Virus record (IMG/VR): IMGVR_UViG_3300037309_000191
Coordinates: 1 to 26,036 of that record
Origin: a virus
Lineage: Duplodnaviria > Caudoviricetes
Direction: 5' to 3' (one strand)
Length of the DNA stretch: 26,036 bases
This document shows, piece after piece, positions 1 through 7,118 of the stretch. The notes under the pieces are model-generated. The model made no database searches. It worked only from the letters and a program-made list of their open reading frames with translations, and was not told the DNA's origin. Each line of letters begins with the position of its first letter. Position 1 is the stretch's first letter. The position numbers were made by a program, and so were the translations under genes.

Positions 1-705
1 CCGGAGCGTCAGCCGGACATCGACCGCGAAGGGCAGCCGGGGCGCGAGCTCGACCGTCACCAGATCCGCGAGCGGGCGGATCGCATGGCGATCGAGCGCA
101 CGGGTCACCGTGTCGACGAGCCCGCGCCGCGCGTCGACGGACAGGGTGGGGTTGCGCGGCAGGATCACCACGCGGACATGGGGGGCCAGCGCTACCCCTT
201 CGTCCTCGCTGTAGGCCGCGACATCGAGCACCTCGCCCGAGGCGGAGAGCGCGAAGAACAGATAGGCGCCGAGCGGCCCCGCCGTGCTCCAGGCTTCCGG
301 GGCCAGCGCCAGGCGCCGACGATAGGTCTCGTCGTCTTCGAGGACCGCCGCGGCCTCGCCCGTGGCGGGCGTGATCACGCGGCGGGCCACCCGGTAATAG
401 GTCATGCCGATGTGGTCGAGCGCGCGGGCCGCGGCGCCTGCGAGCGTCAGGGCGCGGATGCGGTCGTTGATCTCCGCCCGCAACGTCAGTTCGCGATAAG
501 CGCCCACTTGCAGCAGGATCGCGGCCGGATCGCTGTCGAGGAGCAAGGTGTCGATCGCCGGAAGGTCCGGCCGCTGCTGGCGGCGCGCCTCCCAGCGGCG
601 CGCGAATTCCGTCCGGTCGCGCTGGACCAGCGCCTCGTAATCGAGGCCGGTGAGGACATCGGCGACCGGATAGGCGCTGAGGTCGATCGGCGAGAACCGC
701 GTCAT
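1..705 (-). CDS. gpJ: Baseplate assembly protein J (P2 gpJ-like), truncated by the window edge
   Basis: Not in the ORF track; translated by hand from ATG 705 (ATGA overlap with the gpW stop): MTRFSPIDLSAYP...DYEAL...SDPAAILLQVGAYRELTLRAEIND...LDHIG...EDDETYRRRLALAPEAWSTAGPLGAYLFFALSAS, which are hallmark gpJ motifs. Confidence 0.92.
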   Translation of the reverse strand, partial: MTRFSPIDLSAYPVADVLTGLDYEALVQRDRTEFARRWEARRQQRPDLPAIDTLLLDSDPAAILLQVGAYRELTLRAEINDRIRALTLAGAAARALDHIGMTYYRVARRVITPATGEAAAVLEDDETYRRRLALAPEAWSTAGPLGAYLFFALSASGEVLDVAAYSEDEGVALAPHVRVVILPRNPTLSVDARRGLVDTVTRALDRHAIRPLADLVTVELAPRLPFAVDVRLTLR

Positions 706-1118
706 CCGACGGCTCCTGCGACGGCTCCTGCGACCGGCCGCCAGATGCCGACGCGGTCCCGGAGCACGCTGGCGTCCCGGTCCTCGGCGAGGCTCATGTC
801 GCCCAGATGCCCGCGCGGATAATACGTGCCCGAGAGCATGAGCACGGCGGCACCGTCGGCGCCGAGCCGCTCGGGCACGATCCGGGTCAAGCGGAAGCCC
901 GGCTCGAAGCGCCGGAGCGCGGCGGCCAGCGCCACGAACACGACCAGCATGGTGGTCCGGTCGGGATTGCGGTCCTGCACCGCCGACACATCGGAGCCAA
1001 AGGCCCGGCGCATCACGCGGGACCCGACACGTGTGGTCAGGATCACGGCGATCGACTGGACCACATGGTCGAAGCCCATCAGCACGCGCCCCGTCTCGCG
1101 GTCGATCCCGGTCCGCAT
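702..1118 (-). CDS. gpW: Baseplate wedge protein W (gp25/GPW family)
   Basis: GIDRETG...DHVVQSIAVILTTRVGSRVMRRAFGS...ALRRFEP motif; located between V and J. Confidence 0.92.
   Translation of the reverse strand: MRTGIDRETGRVLMGFDHVVQSIAVILTTRVGSRVMRRAFGSDVSAVQDRNPDRTTMLVVFVALAAALRRFEPGFRLTRIVPERLGADGAAVLMLSGTYYPRGHLGDMSLAEDRDASVLRDRVGIWRPVAGAVAGAVG
707..730. repeat. 12-bp tandem duplication CGACGGCTCCTG x2
   Basis: Units at 707-718 and 719-730 are identical; on the minus strand each carries CAGGAG (SD-like) upstream of the gpJ ATG; encodes AVAG-AVAG at the gpW C-terminus. Confidence 0.9.
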
Positions 1119-1121
1119 CGA

Positions 1122-1361
1122 TCAGCCCTCGACGCCCGGTCGACGGGCCTTCGAGGGCGCGGCGGCGCCCACCGCCCCGGCGGCCAAGTCATCGCTTGAC
1201 GTGGCCGTGCCCTGGGCCACCAGGGACAAGATCGTTCCGGCCAGCAGCTCGTAGCGCGCCTGGTCCGCGGTGAGCCATACCGTGCGGTCCGGAAGGACGC
1301 GCTCGCCGGCGACGAACACCTGGTCGGGGTTAAGCACGCTGTAGGTCTGTTTCTCGGTCAT
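1122..1361 (-). CDS. Small hypothetical protein in the baseplate operon (79 aa, MTEKQTYSV...)
   Basis: ATG 1361 preceded by GAAGGGA; fills the V-W gap; FVAG..R...V.LT..QARYEL pattern. Confidence 0.7.
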   Translation of the reverse strand: MTEKQTYSVLNPDQVFVAGERVLPDRTVWLTADQARYELLAGTILSLVAQGTATSSDDLAAGAVGAAAPSKARRPGVEG

Positions 1362-1371
1362 CGTCGTCCCT

Positions 1372-2010
1372 TCAGTTGGCCGGATCGGTCGTGGTGCTGC
1401 CACCCTGGACGACGCCGCCGTGGATATGCGTGTCGCCGACATTGCGGGCGTTGTGGCGGAGCCGGTCGCCGAGCGCCTGGACGAGCGCGCTGTCGAGGAT
1501 GATGCGGCTGCCCTGGACGCGGATTTCGGAGCCGCCGACCTTGAGGCTGATCTCGCTGTCGATCATCGACAGCGTGGCGCCGCCGACCGTGATCGTGATG
1601 TTGCCGTCCTTCTGGCGGATCGCGGCATTGCCGATCGTGGTCACGTCCCCGTCCTGCTCGGCCTTGCCGGGCGCGGGATCCTGCGTCGTATCGATCCAGG
1701 GCATGACGGCCGACATGGTGCCCACCTCGCCGGACGGGCTCATGATCAGCACGGCCTCGCCCCGGCCGTATTTCCGAAACGCGCTGACGCCGGCGCCGCG
1801 CGCGCCCGTGTTCGCGGCCATGCGCAGCCAGGGCGAAAGTACCGGCTTGCCGTCCTGGCCGGCCGCCGCGATCTTCACTCGCACGCGGTCGCCCTTGACC
1901 GCCTCGACCGTCCCGGCGACGAGCGTCTGGTTCCGGCGCCGGCGGAGCGTGGCCAGCTCCTTCCGGACCGCCCTCAGCTCGTCGTAGATCTCCTGGAAGG
2001 CGCCGGCCAT
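1372..2010 (-). CDS. gpV: Baseplate spike protein V (P2 gpV / Mu gp45-like)
   Basis: OB-fold-like N-terminus (GTVEAV..RVRV...SPWL...GEAVLIMSPSG), beta-repeat region and C-terminal HxH iron-binding tip (THIHGGV). Confidence 0.92.
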   Translation of the reverse strand: MAGAFQEIYDELRAVRKELATLRRRRNQTLVAGTVEAVKGDRVRVKIAAAGQDGKPVLSPWLRMAANTGARGAGVSAFRKYGRGEAVLIMSPSGEVGTMSAVMPWIDTTQDPAPGKAEQDGDVTTIGNAAIRQKDGNITITVGGATLSMIDSEISLKVGGSEIRVQGSRIILDSALVQALGDRLRHNARNVGDTHIHGGVVQGGSTTTDPAN

Positions 2011-2585
2011 CAGGGCGCTCCCGTGTCGACGGGCAGGCCGTCGCGGGTGAGCCCCGGCGTCAGCCCGGGCGTGGCGGCGAGGTCCGCGAAGACATCGGAC
2101 GGCCCGGCGACCGAGAGCAGCGTGGCGCCGACCTCGACCAGCGCGATCGCGATGCCTTCCTTGCTCGATGTCTCAGAGAGCCCGACCTTCATGTCGGTGA
2201 TGCGCGCCCGGCCGACCCGGGCGCGCCCGAAATACGGGTCGCGCTGGATGCATTCGGCGACCGCCATCATCAGGCCGGTGGCGGCGACATCGGCCGAGGC
2301 GACGTCCGGCGCCGGGCGGCCCGTCCGCTGCGTCACGATGACGACGACGAGAGACAGAGCGAGATCGAGGCCCGTGTCCGGGCGCTCGATCGGCCGCGCG
2401 CGGCCAAACAGGATGCGCGCCGCCGGCGCCTGGAAGCCGTCGGCCTTGACCTGATCGAGGTCGAACACGTCGAGATGGACGCGGACGTTGCGGAACAGCA
2501 TGGTCTCACGGAGAGCCTCGGCCACGGCCTCGAGATAATCCGTGAGGCGGTTGCCGGCCTGCGTGTTCACGGTCGACGGGCTCAT
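2010..2585 (-). CDS. Putative tail completion/terminator protein (Mu gp37 position)
   Basis: Coupled to gpG (ATGA) and gpV (TGATG); size and position only. Confidence 0.6.
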   Translation of the reverse strand: MSPSTVNTQAGNRLTDYLEAVAEALRETMLFRNVRVHLDVFDLDQVKADGFQAPAARILFGRARPIERPDTGLDLALSLVVVIVTQRTGRPAPDVASADVAATGLMMAVAECIQRDPYFGRARVGRARITDMKVGLSETSSKEGIAIALVEVGATLLSVAGPSDVFADLAATPGLTPGLTRDGLPVDTGAP

Positions 2586-3088
2586 GCGCGGCCTCCCGCG
2601 CCCGTGCGGCCGAGCGCCTGGCCGATGAAGGCCGCGGCGATACGTTCGAGCTCGCTGGCGTTCTCGCCCGAGACGCCGAGATAGGGCCGGGCCGGGATCG
2701 TCACCTTGCGGGCGAAGATCGTGGCATTGCCGATCGTGAAGACCAGCGGCTTTTCGCCCTTGGGCGTGATGACCCCGCCGAACTGGTGGATGGCCGCATA
2801 GATGAGGCCGCTGCCGACGATCGCCTGGGAACCGCGCACGATGTAATCGATCGAGCGCGACAGCTGGCCGTCGCGATAGAGCGTCGACGTGCCCGCGCGG
2901 TTCGGCTTCCAGCGGGTCCCGTCCGGCGCTGCCTTGTCATCCTCGATGCGGGTGCGCGTCTGAACTTGGATGCGCCGGGCGAGCCCATCGAGCAGGGCTG
3001 CCTCATCGAGCGCCGACAGCCGGCCGAGGCCGCGCGCTGCCTGGCCGTAGCCGTCGATCCGGATGGTGAGGAGCGCGCCCGTGCTCAC
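2582..3088 (-). CDS. gpG: Phage virion morphogenesis protein (Mu gpG family)
   Basis: Start reset to GTG 3088 (GTGA overlap with the gp36 stop); APDGTRWKP...LYRDGQLSRSI...VGSGLIYAAIHQFGG...IPARPYLGVS motifs. Confidence 0.9.
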   Translation of the reverse strand: MSTGALLTIRIDGYGQAARGLGRLSALDEAALLDGLARRIQVQTRTRIEDDKAAPDGTRWKPNRAGTSTLYRDGQLSRSIDYIVRGSQAIVGSGLIYAAIHQFGGVITPKGEKPLVFTIGNATIFARKVTIPARPYLGVSGENASELERIAAAFIGQALGRTGAGGRA

Positions 3089-3543
3089 AAGCCGCCTCCA
3101 AGGCCGCCATAGCGCCGGCGGTTCGCGAAGAAGGCCGCACCGCCCTCGGCTGTCTCGGCGCTTTCGGCCGCCGGGATCCCGCCCGCGCCGGCGCCGCCGG
3201 GCGGCGGCGGTTCGAGCTCGTCCACCCGGGCCTTGCCGGCCGCGACATCCTTGAGCAGCGCCAGCGCCCGTTCGGCGCGGCGCGTGATCTCCTCCGACAG
3301 CGCCGCGATATTGGGCGCGAGCCGCCAGCAGGCGATATCGATGCACCAGACCGTCACGATCGCGGGAACGACCGCAAGCGGCAGGGCGTAGCGCTGGCCG
3401 AGATAGACGTCGATCTCCGCCGAGGCCGCGGCGCAGGCCCGCGCCACCGCCTGATCGAGATCGCGCGTCGTCGCGACCAGCGTCTCCAGATGGGCCGCGC
3501 CATACAGCGTCTCGATGTCCTGGCGGGTGGCATAGACGGGCAC
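3085..3543 (-). CDS. Mu gp36-like head-tail adaptor (DUF1320)
   Basis: YATRQDI...ASAEIDVYLGQRYALPL..VP......CIDIACWRL...ALALLKDVAAGKARV signature. Confidence 0.92.
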   Translation of the reverse strand: MPVYATRQDIETLYGAAHLETLVATTRDLDQAVARACAAASAEIDVYLGQRYALPLAVVPAIVTVWCIDIACWRLAPNIAALSEEITRRAERALALLKDVAAGKARVDELEPPPPGGAGAGGIPAAESAETAEGGAAFFANRRRYGGLGGGL

Positions 3544-3705
3544 GGGCGATCCTCTGGGCTCGATCGGGTGCCGTCTCTCCGGCTGTCACGGCCATCGTCA
3601 GTCGTTGCAGGCGCCGCCCGCCGGGCGCCTCGGCCTACTCGAACCCCGCCGGCGCGGCCCCAATCGCTGTGGGCCGGGCTCGCCGGATTGCCTGCGGTTC
3701 TTTCG

Positions 3706-3966
3706 TCAGGGATCCTGTGCGGCATCGGCGGGCGCGACGGCCTCGACCACGCGCCGGACCGACAGCAGCGGGTCGGCCTCGATCGCGGCAGTCTCCCCGT
3801 CCGTCAGGTCCGCGATCGCGATCGCCACCGGCACGCGCGTGAACAGCCGGCCGGCGCGCCGGCGGCCGCCCTCTTGCGTGGTCGACACCACGAGAACCGG
3901 ACGGAACTCAGCCGTCGCGGCGCTCTGCGCGGCGGCCGCCTCCGCGGCGCCTTTCGTCTTGGACAT
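3706..3966 (-). CDS. HI1506 / Mu gp35-like small head protein
   Basis: GRRRAGRLF...LT..E.AAIEADPLLSV motif; directly after the major capsid gene; GAAGGAGG RBS. Confidence 0.8.
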   Translation of the reverse strand: MSKTKGAAEAAAAQSAATAEFRPVLVVSTTQEGGRRRAGRLFTRVPVAIAIADLTDGETAAIEADPLLSVRRVVEAVAPADAAQDP

Positions 3967-4001
3967 CGGTCCCTCCTTCGGCGGCTGCGATCGCCTTGCC
4001 A

Positions 4002-4024
4002 GCGCCCCGGACCCGCCGGGGCGC
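4002..4024 (-). other. GC-rich stem-loop just after the major capsid gene (mRNA-stabilising or pause element)
   Basis: GCGCCCCGG (4002-4010) / CCGGGGCGC (4016-4024), 9-bp stem with 5-nt loop; no U-tract on the minus strand. Confidence 0.55.
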
Positions 4025-4042
4025 GACGCAAGACGATCGTCG

Positions 4043-4936
4043 TCAGTTCAGCCAGGGGCTGGCGATGATCCGGACGCGATTGAGGTTGACGTTCGTCTCG
4101 CCGCCCGTGCGCGCGGCATTCTTCAGGATCCGTTCCGCCGTGATCTCATCCTTGGTGCCGATCAGCAGCACGTTCGGACGGATCGGCAGGGGCCGGCCTT
4201 CATCGCCGCTCTGGCTCGACATGTCCGACCAGACCTTTTCGAAGTTCGCTTCGTTCAGCGTCTCCTTCGAGGCGAAGGCCATCTGCCAGAAGCCATAGCC
4301 GGCGGCGTTGCGGCTGTCGGTGCCGTAGAGAAACGACTTCTTGTAGAAGTAATTGTCGTCGGTCGGCCGATCCTTGGCGATGAACTCGGGCCGCCGGCGG
4401 TTCTGGAAGATGAAGGGCCGGAGCGGCCGCGTGGTGTCGAGCAGGAACCATGCGCGGGCGGAGCCGGCATAGAGGTTGGACGCGGAGGTGACGGACCCGT
4501 CCGCGCCCGTGACCGGGTGGTCCGTGTCGAAGAAGAACTGCCCATCGAAGCAGGCGGCCGTGAAGCCGGCCTTGACGGTCGCGAAGATCAGCTCGTCCGG
4601 CTGGGTCGCCGCCGCCTGCCCCATAGCAGTCATGAGCGGCGCATAGACGCCGTACTGATCGTCCTCGATGTCGTCGCGGGCGACCTCGATCGTCTCCTCC
4701 CAGCTCTTGTTGGCGAGCTGGTAGCGGTTGGTGGTCAGGTTCTTGACGACGCGCTCTCCGATCCATTCGCGCATGCCGGGGAACCGGCCCAGCCAGGGAT
4801 AGACATTGCTGCCCGTGGTCGACGGCACCTCGGTCGCGATCTGGTTCCACTGCGGCTGGACCTCACCCATGCCGCCGTTGAAGTTCGCCCGATAGGCCCG
4901 GGTCAGGTCCGCCATATTCTGCGCATTGATGATCAT
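4043..4936 (-). CDS. gpT: Mu-like major head subunit gpT
   Basis: YPWLGRFPGMREWIGER...IEVARDDIEDDQYGVY..CFDGQFFFDTDHPV...WFLLDTTRPLRPFIFQNR...GYGFWQMA. Confidence 0.96.
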   Translation of the reverse strand: MIINAQNMADLTRAYRANFNGGMGEVQPQWNQIATEVPSTTGSNVYPWLGRFPGMREWIGERVVKNLTTNRYQLANKSWEETIEVARDDIEDDQYGVYAPLMTAMGQAAATQPDELIFATVKAGFTAACFDGQFFFDTDHPVTGADGSVTSASNLYAGSARAWFLLDTTRPLRPFIFQNRRRPEFIAKDRPTDDNYFYKKSFLYGTDSRNAAGYGFWQMAFASKETLNEANFEKVWSDMSSQSGDEGRPLPIRPNVLLIGTKDEITAERILKNAARTGGETNVNLNRVRIIASPWLN

Positions 4937-4976
4937 GATCGTCCTCGTGACAGGTCGGAGCGGCGCCGGCGCGGCG

Positions 4977-5744
4977 TCAGACGGAGAAGGTCAGCGTCAC
5001 CATGGCGCCGACCGCATTGGAGTTGGTGCCGCCAACGGTGAGGCTGATCACGCTGCCGGGGCTGACCGCGTTGGCTGCGCTGGGCGTCGCCTCGTCGACA
5101 TCGCCGGCGGCCGAGCCCGCCTGGGTGATGGTGACCGCGCCGCCGGTGACCGCCACGCCGCCGATCGCGGCCGTGAGCGTCGCGTCGCCGGTCGCCAGCG
5201 CTCCCGCGATCACGGTCTGGATGCGGGTGAGCGTGCCGGCGAAGGGCGCGACCAGGCGGGTGACGCCCGCGCCCTGGAGCGTTGCCACGGGCACGGTCAG
5301 GTGCCGCACCTGCGTGCCGGCCGGCGGCTGGACCTCGCCCGGGCCGACATTGACCCAGACGCCGCCCGCTTCAACGTCGATGCAGATGCCGGCCGGCGAG
5401 CGCGTGCCGCCGCCGTCGTTGCCGGCCACGGTCTCATCGTCGACGATCCAGACCGTCCGGCCGATCCGGGCAAGGGTGACGGCGTCGTCGCCGGCGGCCG
5501 AGCCGAAGCGGAAGCACCCGGCCTTGACGCGGGCCACCGTCGCGCCTGCCACGGCGCCGCAGGTCGCGCTGTCCTCGGCAAGGCCGATCGCGGCGAGCCC
5601 CGTGCCGGTCTGGCCGGGCACGAGGAAGCCCGCGGCATTGGTGCAGACCAGGCCCCCCAGATGCACGGTGGTCGAGGCAGCAAGGCCGATGGCGTAGGAC
5701 CGGCCCTCGCGGGCCGGCGTGTTGCGGGATGCGCTGAGCGCCAT
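4977..5744 (-). CDS. Putative capsid decoration/cement protein with C-terminal extension
   Basis: MALSASRNTP...G.F.F.....D.VT...IG..V.IVDDETV......RSPAG.....GVWV N-domain typical of the gene before gpT; about 115-aa extra beta-rich tail. Confidence 0.7.
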   Translation of the reverse strand: MALSASRNTPAREGRSYAIGLAASTTVHLGGLVCTNAAGFLVPGQTGTGLAAIGLAEDSATCGAVAGATVARVKAGCFRFGSAAGDDAVTLARIGRTVWIVDDETVAGNDGGGTRSPAGICIDVEAGGVWVNVGPGEVQPPAGTQVRHLTVPVATLQGAGVTRLVAPFAGTLTRIQTVIAGALATGDATLTAAIGGVAVTGGAVTITQAGSAAGDVDEATPSAANAVSPGSVISLTVGGTNSNAVGAMVTLTFSV

Positions 5745-5763
5745 GGTGTGGTCCTCTCGTCTG

Positions 5764-6240
5764 TCAGGCGGCTGCGAAAATTTCGGGCTTCACGCCGCAG
5801 GCGGCGGCGATGGCCGTCTGCTGTGCGGTCAGGGCGCCCGCCTGCAGCGTCGCTGAGAGCGGCTGGCTGGTGGCCGCGGCGGCGCCGGCGGCGAGCACGG
5901 CCGGCATCGCGTCGAGCGCGGCCTTGCAGGCGTCGTGGTCCTTGAGGGCCAGCGTGACGTAGAAGGCCGCGGCGGCCGGGGCGACCTTGCCGTCCTTGAC
6001 CGCCTGGTCGACCAGCGCCTGGCAGCGGGCGGCCCTGGCCTCGTCGTCGCGCCGCTGGAGCTCCGCGCGGGCGTTCGCCAGTTCGCCGCTGACCGCGGCC
6101 AGCTGAGCGGCCGGCACCATGTCGCCGGTGGCGAGCGCGGCCGTGGCAGGGCGCGCGTGCAGCGCGGCGAGCGCGGCGAGCGCCTCGGGCTCGGTCGCGG
6201 TTTCGGGCAGGCCGAGCGCCTGCAGCAGGGCGTTGAGCAT
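5764..6240 (-). CDS. Putative internal-start scaffold protein Z (in-frame C-terminal part of gpI)
   Basis: In-frame ATG 6240 (MLNALLQALGLPETATE) preceded by GGAG; helical Ala-rich C-terminus with LVDQAVKDGKVAPA; matches the known Mu I/Z arrangement. Confidence 0.6.
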   Translation of the reverse strand: MLNALLQALGLPETATEPEALAALAALHARPATAALATGDMVPAAQLAAVSGELANARAELQRRDDEARAARCQALVDQAVKDGKVAPAAAAFYVTLALKDHDACKAALDAMPAVLAAGAAAATSQPLSATLQAGALTAQQTAIAAACGVKPEIFAAA

Positions 6241-6789
6241 CGGGACGGTGTCTCCGTTGGGGGTGAGCGAGGCGACGGCCGACAGTCCCGGCAGCGCCGG
6301 CGTCGTGACCAGCGCCACCGAGGTGAGCCGGGTGACGACAAACGCGTCTGTGTGCAGGAACGCGGGCGACACGTAGCGGTAGCGCCGGGACCGGAGCTGC
6401 CAGCGCCCCTCGTCCAGCCACTCGCACCGCGCCCAGAGGCCGTCGGCGCGGGCCTCGATCGCGCGGATCCAGCCGACCGCGCCCGGCGCATAATCGAGAT
6501 CGCGCCGCTCGGTCAGATGTCCGACATCGATCGGCAGATCGACGGCCTCGGTCGCGAAGGTCTGAACCAGGGCCTCGGGATCGAAATGGAAGCGACGGCC
6601 ATCGCGTGTGGCGGCGTCGCCGCGCGGCGCGATCCGGATCCAGTCCGGCGGCACGAAGGGCGCCGGCGCGTCGGCTTCCCGTGCCGCCTCGTCGAGGAAG
6701 GCCAGCGCGACCGCACCGGTCACCGGCGCGGCGGCGGCGCACAGCGCGGGCAGACCCGGGACCCGGGGAGGCGTGGCGGCAGAACGCAT
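5764..6789 (-). CDS. gpI: Mu-like prohead protease I
   Basis: WIRIAPRG...RDGR..LPIDVGH...AVGWI...GLWARCEW...YRYVSPAF...SVALVTTPAL; start reset to ATG 6789, downstream of the late-promoter element. Confidence 0.9.
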   Translation of the reverse strand: MRSAATPPRVPGLPALCAAAAPVTGAVALAFLDEAAREADAPAPFVPPDWIRIAPRGDAATRDGRRFHFDPEALVQTFATEAVDLPIDVGHLTERRDLDYAPGAVGWIRAIEARADGLWARCEWLDEGRWQLRSRRYRYVSPAFLHTDAFVVTRLTSVALVTTPALPGLSAVASLTPNGDTVPMLNALLQALGLPETATEPEALAALAALHARPATAALATGDMVPAAQLAAVSGELANARAELQRRDDEARAARCQALVDQAVKDGKVAPAAAAFYVTLALKDHDACKAALDAMPAVLAAGAAAATSQPLSATLQAGALTAQQTAIAAACGVKPEIFAAA

Positions 6790-6799
6790 GCCGGCAGAA

Positions 6800-6840
6800 G
6801 TGGCGGGCGCCCGGGCGAACCGACAGGTGACAATTGTCAC
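6800..6840 (-). promoter_or_regulatory. Late promoter element upstream of gpI (PI equivalent): palindrome GTGACAATTGTCAC plus downstream GCCAC
   Basis: 6821-6840 is identical to 14956-14975; GCCAC lies 16 nt downstream in both copies. Confidence 0.75.
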
Positions 6841-7118
6841 TGGCACCAGGCGGCGACGCGCCGTCCGGCGCCAGCGCCGCCCCGTTGGCGGGTCGCGCGG
6901 CCGATGGCCCCGTCGTAAGCCTTCGAAGGCTTTCGAAGCGTGAAGAAGGCTCCGGCCCTGGCCAAGGGGCGGGCAACTGTTCCGGGCCCGTACGGCGCAT
7001 TTCTGGGGCTCGGCCTGCCGGAGGGGAGGATCGGAGGGGGAGGATGCGACCAGAGGGACACGAACCCCTCGCGGCACGGGACCGGCGGCGCTGGCTTGGT
7101 CGCCCGCCCTGGATACCA

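Noticed and set aside
3630-3700. tRNA gene suggested by the GGTTCGAGT T-loop-like sequence
   Set aside because: No cloverleaf, acceptor stem or matching T-stem could be built; kept only as part of a possible structured RNA
6837-7061. 74-aa ORF as a MuF immunity protein
   Set aside because: No clear RBS, Pro/Arg-rich low-complexity product, and it overlaps the late-promoter and palindrome region
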